This document shows positions 1-12,619 of a DNA stretch of 64,000 nt, piece after piece (positions within the stretch are counted from its first letter, which is position 1; each line of letters begins with the position of its first letter). Source of the DNA: Marsupella aquatica (lineage: Eukaryota > Plantae > Marchantiophyta); NCBI GenBank assembly GCA_973895155.1, contig OZ316896.1, positions 8,887,539 to 8,951,538 on the forward strand. The letters run 5' to 3'. Made by a program: the position numbers and the translations under genes. The notes under the pieces were generated by a model. The model was not told the DNA's origin and searched no databases. It was given only the letters and a program-made list of their open reading frames with translations.

Positions 1-2479
1 ACCCCGGTGTCGGTTGAGAAATATCACTTATGTACATGTGTGTCGTTTGGTTACCATGTGTGATTGATGCAACTATGATATAGGCTAAGTTCACTAGGGT
101 CATAACACTTCTGCTTGGCTATATAGTGGTAACTATGTAGGCAATATATATTGGACTTAGATCATGTTTATAAATAATTCATGATATAAGTACAAGTGAG
201 AAGGATTGTCTCATTAAAACCTTTAGCAATATTTTGTGATGTAAAAACAACTCAATCAATATAAAAAAAAATTATGGTTCTAAAGGAAAAAAGAGTATAG
301 TCCTAAAATCATACTTGTTGAAGTATCATTGGTGGTAACCATATCATTTGTAGTAGTGCGATCATTTCCAAAAAAACTGGTCAATATTAGAAGATGACAA
401 TAGCATCAGTATCACATTGATATCATTCTCAAACATCAATCACCGTAAGCTTCAAAGTCCAATTGTGCTGAATAGGGTTACTCATGTCTGCATTAGTCTA
501 CTGGTTTTGCTGCTTGTTACTGCTATTTAGGTTTATTGGGGGCTTAACCCTCACTCATGGATCTTGTTCTGCTCACTCTTAGTAAATACTAATACTGGCT
601 TACTTGTTAGCTTTGTTTTTTGGTTACTTTACTTTTGTTATCCCACTCACTGGGTTTGGTGATTAGTAGACCATCTTTGTCTTGCTTAGTGTCAGGGCAC
701 CTAGCCTGGCTTGACTTTGACCGGCTGTTGTCACTTTCCTTGAAAATGTTTTTACCTTTTGGCCTGCTGCTCCCCCCATCCGTGGGGTTCATGCGGAATA
801 AATGTCAAATTTAATTTTTTTTTAAAAAACTTCAATGTCCTATTGCATGGCAATGTCGTTGATGAACAACAGGAGTCAATGACTTGGTGAAGAGATCAAC
901 AACAATTGTTAACACTCGGTATTTGCATCACGTTGATCTCATTATTGTGCAGTTCATGGGTGTAAAAAAAATTTGGTGCCATATGCTTCATGTCAAACAC
1001 TTGTCAAGGAGCTTAAGTGAGTTTTATCCTAAAAAAACTACCTAATACTTGTTCCATGTCATACCAAGATCATAGAGGATTGAAAAAACTTTTGAAATAA
1101 ACTTGCAAGTTCTAATCCCACCATACATAAGTAGTTTCAACTCTTTATTTCTAGAGAGGTAGTCTATGTGACTACTTTTGCACTCACCCACTTTCTCTCT
1201 GCTCTACTCCAAGGAGTAGTAAGGAGGATATCCATTCCAAGCTGTCATCTTAGAGTAGATCCTCACAAAACACTCAAGATCCCAAAGTACTTTCCTCTTC
1301 AAGCTTCAGCTCCCCTTAAGGCCCTCAAAGTAATGTTATTCCTCAACCTTGTCTCCCAAACCTTGGTTTGGGTCCACACATCCCCTTTGAGCTCTAGATA
1401 AAACTCTTCTATCTAAGGACTCTTCCTCTTGTTCTTAGTTCTTCTAAACATCATACACCAGTAAGGTACTTTCCACCCTCAAGCTATAACCCTCTCTAAG
1501 TCCTAAAGTAGTGCTCTACCTTAACTTTGCCTCCCTGGCCTTGGTTATGTACCAGCACCTTCCCTTCAATCTCAATTTTACCCTAACATGAACTTTTCGC
1601 TTGCTCTCATACACTTCAAATTCACTCACACTTAACGGTCACAATGAAGATTGGAAAGACTCATTTTATTGCATACTCAGTCCCCAGACTCACTCTTTAC
1701 AACAAAAGATCTTTTACAAAATCCTCACATTAAATATGGACCTCACCTCCTTCTCCAGCTGAGCCCCAACTTAGGAAGCTAGGTAGAGTCTCTACTTTGA
1801 GAATTGAGAATTTTGGGCTCTTAACATAGGAAAACTTCTTTTTTATATACTATTCTCTTTTCACACCACACCAAGCTTGACTTGGGGTCCAATTACACCT
1901 CCCCCAAGTCCTCCTAACACACAAAGTCCAAATTTATAGTCCATAGTCCACTCTACAACTTGTTGTTTTGACTCGTTCCAAGCCCTAGAATATGTCACAC
2001 ATGAGTTGCATGCTTTGACCTCCAAACTTGCTCTCCCTTATGGTCCTTTTCACCAGCTTTCCAACCCATAAAATTTACCCCAAGGTTAGCTATTTTCTCC
2101 GGATCCACTAGTTGGTTATTTTAAGTTTTGCCAAAATACTCAGAACTCCTAGGTTAAGACCTCACTTGAGTTCATAACTTTTATGTGTGGTCTAGGAACT
2201 ACCTAGCACCTATAGTGTGAGTCTTAGCAAAACATATCGCTTGAAAGTATCGATCATTCCTTTGACCCGACTTGCCAACTATCGTAACTTTTTTCGCCCT
2301 TACCAAATAACTTACTCAACTCTTGATACTTCTTAGAGCAACATGTCTTCTCCGGCTCTCCATTTATTTCCCTACTTCACTCTCCTAGTTATTAAGTTAT
2401 TCTAAACCTAACAATTTCACTAATCACTAAAACTATGTTATTTCTACTCCTCCAAAGCAAAACACTGACACATTTCCTA

Positions 2480-3000
2480 TTCAAGTCTCTACTAAGCCAT
2501 TCCACACTTCACATAGTGCCTTTGATAAACTCTTGTATGATCTATTGGATACCAGTTGCATTGTCTTCAAAAATATTAATTAGTGGGCTTGCTAGTAGGC
2601 CTAGGCTACAATTAACTTGGATATGGTTAATAAGCGAGCGTAATTATATGACTTCACAACTAGCTTCATGGAGTGCAAGGATTTTAGAATGATTTGAGGA
2701 TGTAGCAATTATAGTTTATTTAACACTCTTCTAGGAAAAAGTAGTATTGTCTATAAGGAAGACGTACTAGTTTGAGATTTAGTAGTGTCAGTATCAAAAA
2801 GATATCTGGCATTCGCATATCCCACGAGATCATTAGTCGTGTTAAATGGAAAGAATAGTCATGTGTTTGTATGTCCACATAGATAGCAAAATATATATTT
2901 TACTTCATTCCAGTTAACACTATGTCGTGCAAGTATGTTAATTGCAAAATATCTGGTCAAGTTTGGTTTGCTAAGTACATTAATGGGCCTCATTCACAAT
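2480..3000 (-). mobile_element. Degenerate Ty1/Copia pol remnant (RT C-terminus/RNase H)
   Basis: Minus-strand translation gives broken Copia motifs (LVGYANARYL..KSQN / YVFL..FS*KSVK*TIIATSSNHSKILALHEASCE) resembling the Copia 'LVGYADA..SQTGYVF..ISWKSxKQTxxATSSNHxEILALHEASRE' block. Many stops. Flanking 1-4800 also looks like decayed LTR-retroelement sequence. Confidence 0.7.
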
Positions 3001-5147
3001 TGGAGGACTCAAAAGGAGTGTCACACCTGAATTTGCAATAATATAAACATTTTCAAGGAAAGTTCTTTGAGTATTGGGTTGATGATTTTGTATTTTGATG
3101 ATTTACTTTGAGCATTGGGTTGAGCATTGGGTTGATCACTGTTATGGTTGCTTTTGGTTTGGATGAGGGAAGAGAAAAAATTACCCGTAGAGTGGCTGCA
3201 ACATACAAGTCCCAATATTTTCATGAAAATTTCCATATCTAGAAGATCACATATCTAGAAGATCTCAAGAGCAAGAAGTGGCCTCTTCTAAGTTTGTCAA
3301 TCCTCCAAAACCGAGTCAATTGCATGTGAGGTCAGACAAAGCGACTTGGGCCGGGCCTAGCTGCCTTTGTTACAAATAATTTCCATTGTGACTCGTGATA
3401 GGATTTTGCTCCGTTATCTTCAAAGCACAAATGGCTTTGAATCTCAGTATCGTAGATCCCAAGCTTGCAATTTTCTTTAATTGGTTAGATATGAAATGCA
3501 GATGGAATGTATGTCACAGTGTATCAACGTGACAACAATCACCCCTTCAAAGTACAAATGTCCAGTTGGATCAAGTTAGAAGCACATGTCTAGGAACGAT
3601 ACCGCTGAATTGTCAAACATATAATTTCTAATAGAGATGTTACAAAGACAATTGGAGCATCTCATCCCGCATCTCATAAACAAAATACATCTCATATGTG
3701 AAATTGTTGGTAACAATCAAAATCAGGAAAAGACACTAACACTGGTCAAGAACTTGGGCGGAGAGAGAGATCATAAAGAGTAGCTTATACACACCCAATC
3801 AAGGCCACCGTCAAGACGAGACCATATCCACACAGAGCATATGGTTTAGTCACACAGATTGGTAGAGGGAGTATCTTTATTGGATATGATATCCACCAGA
3901 TCATTCATGTCAGAAATTCACAAGTTACCGAATGCACATGGTATGTCATGGGAGGACAAGTAGAAGTTTGATACGCGGTAAACAAATGGGTCATACAAAA
4001 AGGAGTTATATTCCAAGTAAGTAATATGAAAAGATAAGGTAGCGACATCATGATATGTGTTGTAACAGAACAGAGCATTATGAGATGTGTGTATTCATGC
4101 GTCATTGAGAAATATTTAATCAAAGTTAAAAAAATCAGGAGAAAAAGGTACGTCACAAGTATTAGCATAGAGGTAACTCTGCATTGTGGATGACAGCACC
4201 AGAGAGAGATTAGCATAGGTTAGTATTGAGACAAACATTGAAGAAAAAATATATCTTTCCTTTACAATAAAGACTTGTCTTGATCAGATCAAGCCAGAAG
4301 GTAGCAGTTCATCATATCTATCTGTCATACAGATTGATGTAGACCATCATCCTGAACTGAAAATGTAGGTGACACGGGCTACATTGCAGGCCCCATGGTC
4401 GTCTTTCAGCCCCCATCCATGCGGAGAATCTAGTCAAACTTAGGACAGATTCAAGCTACACATTTCTACTACCAAAGCCCAGGCGGTAACGGGGAGAAGC
4501 GTAATCAGTTCAAGGCTAGCACAAGAAATATAAAAGAAATCATACAACATAGAAAAGAACAAGGTCATACCTGTTGCGCCCGGGCCATTTTTCGTGTACT
4601 GGAGTTGTGTAAGAGGTCTCATTGATTGACTTGGTCACCTTGAGTATGATGTACTTAGAAAAACTATATCATAAGCATCTATTGGGGCAGAGCATAGGGC
4701 ACAGAGTACATGGCAAGAGAATGTCCTGGCCCACGTAGTGCAGTGTGTGAATAGAACATTGGAAATGATGTGCAGTCAAAAAGTGCGTCAGTGCAAGATA
4801 CCAGAGTGTTGTGCCAAGAGAATAATTGTAGAGAGTGAACAATGCACTTTTAAAGAAGGTTGCGTAGGTCCTGAGACATTTTAGGTTTTCTTTGTGGGGT
4901 CCGAAACCCTATGGTGACCGTCAGATCTAGGATATTTTATTTGAGTGGTAGATGTACTCAACATCTCTTAGCGTTAAGATCGAATGGTGGTGCATGTGTC
5001 AGAAAATTAGTATATTTAAATTTGTGCATAAATGTAAGTGTAAGTCAAAAAATACTTATATTTTATATGTATAAACATGTCCATACATTGGTTTTGAGGT
5101 ATTTCTATAATACTGATTTAAAATGGGTAATTCGATTTTCTTTTGTC

Positions 5148-5150
<3 letters not shown>

Positions 5151-5186
<36 letters not shown>
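5151..5186. repeat. (AG)n microsatellite
   Basis: Perfect AG dinucleotide run. Confidence 0.95.
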
Positions 5187-5187
<1 letters not shown>

Positions 5188-7629
5188 AACTTGTCTCTTA
5201 GCAATCGGAACTCAACACAACAGACATTGAAAAATTGCTGCAAAAGCTCTCCACCTTGGTAGCACAGACATCTCGTGGGGAAAATCAAATGCCCAAATTT
5301 TTGCCTATGGTCATTTGTGGTTGGTGATCTACTGGTCTTCCTTTCATAATGACTATCAAATTTTTTGGCACTACAATTTTTTGGCACTTAACTATCTAAT
5401 TAAGCACTCGCCTAGCGCCTGACTCAAACTATCGATAGTTATTTATTTTAAAGATGACTTTTAACTAAGCCAGCCACTTGAGCCGACGGGAACTCTGCAC
5501 ATAGTTATTTTTTCAATGAACAATATTAGTTATGAACATATAACTTTAGGTGGGAACCCACCCTTAGACATGTGCAACGATTAGTCAAAATAACAGTCAT
5601 AAAGTTTACAAGATTAGAACTTGAAAAAGTAAAATCTTCAACCCTGAACCTGTAGCTTTGGATGGGCTGGACATGTGCAACAAAGAGGTTTGGCCAAAGA
5701 GATGAAATATAATGTTGTCCATGACATACTATGAGAACTAAGTATTGGAAATCTTTTATTGCTGGTCAAATGCATGTTTACATGTCATCTTTGGAGCAAA
5801 ATTTACATGCTATGCAAGTAAACTTAGGCATTCAATTGTGTTTGTCAGGGTTTTAATTGTCCATCCCAGCATTGAGTCAAACACATGTGGTCAAAGTTTC
5901 CACTTTGCTTCTTTGCACTTGAAAATTTTCAGATTTGTCCTTTCTTCTTCTTCACACTTTAAGATATCTTTTGGGCTTAATTTTACTAATAAAGCGCAAT
6001 TGCACGTACTGTTCAAGGCTACTATCTAGAGTGAAACCTCAAACAGTGACTATAAGGGGATAACTGAAAGTGCATACAGACAACAGGGATGAGAGCAAAG
6101 ATGAACTTGGAGAAAATAAGAAATATATTTTCAATATAAGTATACTCGTACTGACATGCTAAAGGATCGACTGTACGAGTATTCTTAAATTATGAGTATG
6201 TTTAATCATCGACATAGATAGCAATGATGACAAATTTGTCATCAACATGCTTAATACATAGGCATGGTGCAATAGCATCATGGGAGAATCCCATGGAAAT
6301 CATCTCATCTATTTCCCAGAGCTTCAAGTTCCTTCAATCTCGTGCTCTTTTGTGTAGCAACACACAAATACTTGTACAGTCGATCCTTCAGCATGTCAGT
6401 ACTTTCGTTTCAATATTCATCACCATATATTTGCGCTGATTGATGATCGATCTTGTCTCAATCTATAAGCCAGGCTCTTTGAAATTATGGATTCCCGTTC
6501 TGAATTTTCAAGTCGATTTTGCACGGCTTCATTTGAATCGGTTGTTGCTGTGCTCTTTTGTCTTTCCTTCTTGGACCTTCTTCTGCTTCGTGCGCCCTCC
6601 CGGTTACGAGAGCGCACTTCTGTTTCTAACCTTCAAAATCTCTAAGTCACAAATCCCTGAGGTTGGCCCCGCAAATTTCATAGTGTTTCTGGTAAAAATT
6701 CAATCCAGATTGTCTCATTCAAGTAATTCTGCCTGCAAATGTCACACAAACTTGAGCAACTAGGGAGGCTGGCAATATAGCCAGTGTCAATTTCTTTGTT
6801 CGCCGTTTGGAGAAACGCAAAGCAGCATTACAAGCAATAGCCACGACATAGAATCATGGTGATTTCTCATATCAATTATTCAGGGCTCTTTTCTGCTCGT
6901 TCAAGTTATTTCTGTGGTGACATTGCAATCTTCTCAGCCGTTCTCAGCCGGATCAGCGTACGTGCTGACAACGTGTTGAGAAATGTTAGAAATGAGAATG
7001 AATCATATCCTTTTACTGAATCGGTAGTATATGTATACATGGTATGATTGGGGTAAGATAACCCGAGTTTATATTACCCTAGTTATGGGTAGAGTCTAAC
7101 ATCATCTTCATTTATGTTCAAAGAATGGGTAATCAGGCTACCTTAGGGTGGCTTTACAAGAACTTGGGGGCAGCATTTCCTTTTTTTCTAAGTGAGAGAT
7201 GCGATCCTAGCCATTCATATGTGGGAACTGGCCACACTTCACTTTACATGAACTTGGGGGCACAATGAACCAAAAACATTACTGAACCTAGTCATCTATC
7301 AGTGGGTCCCTTTTTTTCCTTATGTGTGCAAGCTTTTTTGTCAAAAACTTAGACCTCCTCTTGAGGTGGTCTAAACCCCTGGAGCAAACGGCCGCTTATT
7401 TTCAGGAAATTGCAATGATTATTTCCAAACCTAACACATTTTGGCTCAAGCATTTTAACTTTTGTGGAAGGAAACGGCCATCAGCTTTGCTATGGATGGA
7501 AAGACTGAATGGCCCCCACCGTCTTGTGAAGACCCCCTTAGTCGGGACTATTGCAGTGGTAGCCATGTATCCCTTATTTTTTGTTCTTCTAGGTTTATGG
7601 GGTTTGGTATGCTCTTTTTGAGTTTGGTA

Positions 7630-9413
7630 TCTACTCTATAATACCCTATCCAGCCAAAAGTGGTGTATGGTCCGATTACAAATTCACTTTTGGAGGGAAC
7701 ATTCTCTGACCATTGGATTTATACTCTCTTTTATCCTGACATTTCATTATTCAAAAAGCAATCTCCCTAATCCAAAGGAGACAAGACAAGTATTTTGGTA
7801 TACCACAAAGATTCTATAGGAGTGAGATATGGCATACGCTCTATGTGAGTGCCATGTGTTGTCATTGGGATGAGGGCACTTGGGTGTTGTCATTGGGATA
7901 GGGGCACTTGGGACACCATTATGAGGGGACAAGACTAGAAGCCATAGAGTTCAAAGTAGGGAGGGGAAATTAATGATGCACCCATGGGTGAGGGACTAAA
8001 TATATAATGTATTCCCATAAGCACTTAGGTGGAGGGGATGAAACAAAGTGGAGCAAGTGGAGATGAAAATTAAAAAAATGAGCATAAGAGGAAAAAAGGA
8101 GATAAAAGGGACACCCTTGCTTTTTATTGGGTTTTGGAAGAGAAAGGGCGGGGCGGAGGGGGGGGGGGGAAGGGGTGGCAGCGGCAGCCTAAGAGAAAGG
8201 GGCGAGGAGGCCATGAGGAGTGGGGATGTCACCTTCAACCTAGCATTGTGCAAATGCATGTGCCTCGGTTACCATAATCTATTTAGCTCACGCTCTCCTC
8301 TATTACTTTTGCAACAATATCTTTTTGACATGGACATTTTTATGCAATGATATTGTTTACACAACATCTTAAGTGCAATACATGGATATTAAACACGACC
8401 ACAACATCTGTATGGTCGGGATCACACATAAAATGTCTCAACAAGTGCATTGCAATGCTTATAATTATGCTTTTGTCTCACCTTGACATCTTTTCTTGCC
8501 TTGACATATTTTTCTTGCCTTTTCATATTTATCTCTCCTTAACATCTTTACCTTGCATTGACATCTTTTTTCACATTGACATCTTCATCTCACCACAACA
8601 TTTTCTTCCCACCCTTGACAACTTTTCCCTTTTCATTATCTTTTTCTCTCCTCAAGATCTTTTCTCACCTTGACATCTTATCTTTTTCTCATCTCCCCAT
8701 CTTTTTTTCACTTGAAATCTTTATCTCACCAGGACATCTTTTCCTCACCCTCGACATCTATTCTCTCCTTGACATATTTTCCTCATCTTTGCATCTTTTT
8801 CTCACCCGGGTTCTCACCTTGCCATCTTTTCTCTCCTTGATAATTATATTTTTCTCACCTCGACTTCATTTCCTCACCTTGCCATTTTTTTCTTGCCTTG
8901 GAATCTTTTCTCTTCTCAACATCTTTTTCTCTCCTCGACTTCTTTTATCATCTCGACATCTTTTTCTCACCTCGATATCTTTTCTCTCTTTTACATCTTT
9001 TTCTCTCCTCGACTGCTTTTTCTCTCCTCGACTTCTTTTATCATCTCGACATCTTTTTCTCACCTCGATATCTTTTCTCTCTTTGACATCTTTTTTCTCT
9101 CCTCGACTTCTTTTATCATCTTGACATCTTTTGCTCACCTCGACATCTTTTCTCACCTCAACATCTTTTCTCTCCTCAACATATTTTTCTCTCCTTGACA
9201 TCTTTTATAACCTCGATATCTTTTTCTCACCTCGATATCTTTTCTCTCCTTGACATATTTTATCACCTCGACATCTTTTATCACCTCAATGTCTTTTCTC
9301 TCCTTAACATCTTTTATCACCTCGACATCTTTTTCTCACCTCGACATCTTTTATCACCTCGACATCTTTTTGCACCTCAACATCTTTCGTGCAACGGACG
9401 GGCATCGGGCTAG
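7630..9413 (+). mobile_element. Non-autonomous Helitron (~1.8 kb) with internal degenerate minisatellite
   Basis: Candidate 5' end A|TCTACTCTATA. The 3' end 'cgtgcaacggacgggcatcgggCTAG|T' matches the canonical plant Helitron hairpin plus CTAG and an A|T target. 8470-9385 is an array of ~18-20-bp 'ctcgacatctttt(t)ctcac' units. The 5' boundary is less certain. Confidence 0.7.
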
Positions 9414-9911
9414 TTTATAACATACAAAGCCACAACAAAGTTTGTACAGAAAGGACCATCGATTTACAAAGTGTGGCTGGATGTTGATGAATCAGCAGAC
9501 ACAGTCATTCACTTGTTTGCCCTTTTCGTTCACACCTACAATGTCTTTCAGGCTAAATTTGAACTAGAAGTGCACTTATTTAATTGGTCCTGTTTCTTCG
9601 TCACTTTGGAAATTTCTTTCAGGCTAAATCTAAACTAGAAGTGTACTCCTTTAATTGGTCCTTTTTTGTCCTCACAATTACAATGTCTGAATCTGAACTT
9701 GAAGTGTACTGCTTTGGCGAGAGCCATCGCCGCTAGCTCACCGTAGAGACCTCGTTTTCATTGAAATCTCATTACAATTCGAGACGGGCCGAACGGAAGA
9801 TAGCCACAACATGGTGGGCGTGCGGACACGAGCTTTGCAAGCTGCTCTCCGGCTTCGTGCTGCTGGTTCATCCAAGGGCCCGGCTGCCAGCAAGAAGAAA
9901 AAGGGAGAACG

Positions 9912-9915
<4 letters not shown>

Positions 9916-9955
<40 letters not shown>
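9916..9955. repeat. (CT)n microsatellite in a 5'-UTR-like context
   Basis: Perfect CT run. Confidence 0.95.
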
Positions 9956-9960
<5 letters not shown>

Positions 9961-12619
9961 CAATTCTGGTCCCGTCTCCTTTGATCGCTGTTTGCTATGA
10001 GTTGGTCAGTGATCTGAGGGTGCTCGCTGCTGTGGGGCGCGTGGATTGATTGTCGCAGAGCAAGTGGCGCCCGTGGTTGCAAAGGAACTCCGGGAGAAAG
10101 CCACCCTGGGTGCAAACGTCTTGAAGACGGGCACCGATCCACCTGTCCTCGATGATGGGTCTGGCTGCCTTCCCACACCTTCTCTTTCTGTTGTAGTTAT
10201 GGGTACTTTCTCTTCAAGAAATTTAGGGGTTTCGCAAAGCTACTCTGTTTATCGCACTGAGGGGTTTAGGGGTTTGCAATCTGGGATGCACAAGCGGGCC
10301 GTTTTTTCACTTGTTGCAAACCTTAAATCCCTTCCTGATTGATCTCTTTTAGCTTTTACTGCACTTTGGACTGGAATGCATACATCATCTTGACGCAAAT
10401 CATCTCAAGTGTGTGACTCTCTGCAGTCTAGCTCGTTTCTGATCGATGTTCGACTTTCCTGTTCAGCTCGTACCCGTCATGGCTTTGGACACTTCTAGAC
10501 AGAAGGCCTGCACTAAGTGAGCTTGAAAGGAGAGACCCTGAAACCTTGAACGAGAAGGAGGTTTGTTGAAATCGAGGCCCTTGCTTCCATTTTCGTTGCT
10601 GTTGCCTGTCAAGAAATAGTAATGTTAAACAAAGGTTTTGAGTTTGTGATGTCTGCTAACGTCCAACGGCAATTAGACCGAACGGAAAGGCAATTCGCTA
10701 CTCTCCTTCACTTTTTGAGATGGATGGAGGTTGGTTGGCTCTGGGTTTAATGATGGCATCTTTTGCAGATCATGAGACTCCTGAAGTTAGACAACAGGCG
10801 AAGGATCAAAGAAAACAATTCTATTCGGTCGAAAGAGTGATCTGATTCTGCATTCCGTTTCACGAATGGGTTCTTCTGGAGGGCTTATGCCTCCTTAGCA
10901 TACGAATTTAACGACACATTGAATTTTGTGCCAGCAAAGTTGTACGCTAAAAAATTTCATTGGGTGCTCAGCCTTGGTCATGCTCAAAAGCTTTTTGGAG
11001 AGATTTGTGAATTGAGTTGACCTGTGTTGCTCATCGAACCATCAATTGGGTACCCGGCAAGAAAAGCACTTAAAAAAAATCCCAATTGAAGGGTATAGGG
11101 TGGCTTTATAAGACCTTGAGGGCCCATTGTCTCCTTTTTATTCAATCTAAGATTAAATCGGGATTGTGGAATGCTGCAGTTGGCTTTCCAAGAAATCGGC
11201 TACCATTCAGGTACGGTATCTGTCGATATTACATGGCAAGCACTGGGCCCACGTGAATACTGATGTGGAGTTCTTATTTTGTCTAGAATTTTAGACCACC
11301 TCCATAGATGGTCCAAACATCTCCACATTTGCTCTCCTTCATTCAAGGGATTTCTATCTATTGAACTTTCTTTCATAGTTTTTTGGAATCTTCAAAACCT
11401 GTTTTGGTTCTGGCAGCGGCAATGTTTTCAAAGTTAGCTCGTTGGAAAAGTGATTCGATGCTCCTTCTAACGAGCTGAAGTGGGGCTTGAGATGTGAGGT
11501 GGGATCCCAGCTGAAGTGGGTCTTTGAGACGTGAGGTGGGATCCCATCTGTTGCTACAGCTCGAAACACTTCTTTTGATCATTTGGAAAAAAATTGGGAA
11601 ATCATTATTGTTAGTGACTGAAGGAAGTAAGTATCAGTACTGGGACCTGAAAACTCAACCTACATTAGAGGGTAGGGTAATCAGGAATAATAAGTGTAAC
11701 CAAGATTCACGAGATACAGAAAAGAACCATAGTGGGAGTTGAAATTGAGGTTAGAGAGAAGGAAACCGAGCACCCATCCACGGAAGAGAAAAGTTCTGTA
11801 AACTCTGGGTTCACATGTCAGCAAAACTGCATTTTGAAAAATGCTCATTTCGAGTAAGACTACGACAGTTACCTTCATCCTTTTTACACAAGACAACAAG
11901 AAGCAGGAAGCGGGTGCAAGATCCAAAGGGATTGCATTCCGGTTAGAATTGTAGATTGCGCACATCAAAACCGGCTTCTCCCAACATTTCACGCAACTTG
12001 AAGAAACGCGCAGAAACGTTTAGTCCTCCGGGCAAAGCGAGCAGAAAAGAATTTGATTACATAGCAAAATGCCGATGTTTCTACACAGCCTGTGTTCCCA
12101 CGCAGTTCGCTTATTGCTGGTTACAGGCACTGCTGGAACCGCACAAGAACCTACTTTAGTGACCCACCAAGAAAGTAGGGGATAAGTGTGCCTCACCAAT
12201 GTTGTTTTTGTTTCGAAGTGTCCCACCAAGCCATTTCCTTGGAAAACTCAACCTAATTCCTTCGAAAAATCTCACAAATGTAGTTTTTGGTGTAAAGTGT
12301 ACCACAAGCCAATTCCTTGGAAAACTCTATCTAATTCCTTGGAAACTCTGAAGTCGAGCAGTCACACCGCATTCTACATGACAAGACTTGTCTTGCACTA
12401 GTGGCAACGTTTTGGGCCTGAAAACTTCAGGATTTCACATGACAAGACTTGTCTTGCAACGGTGGCAACCTGTTGTGCCAAAAACTCCCATGAAAGGTGT
12501 CTATCTCTCTCCCATGAATTGTTGTGGCAGAGGCAGGGGAGGGAAATACCATGGTGTGGTACAGATGCAAACATGTAGCAGACTGGCCTATGTTGATTAG
12601 TTTTGTTAGGGCTTGGGCT

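Noticed and set aside
8347-9413. Overlapping 60-190-aa ORFs on both strands
   Set aside because: Low-complexity translations of the Helitron minisatellite.
10225-10335. Telomerase-RNA template or telomere-like motifs (tttagggg, aaaccttaaa)
   Set aside because: No proper CTAAACCCT template and no USE+TATA Pol III promoter seen.
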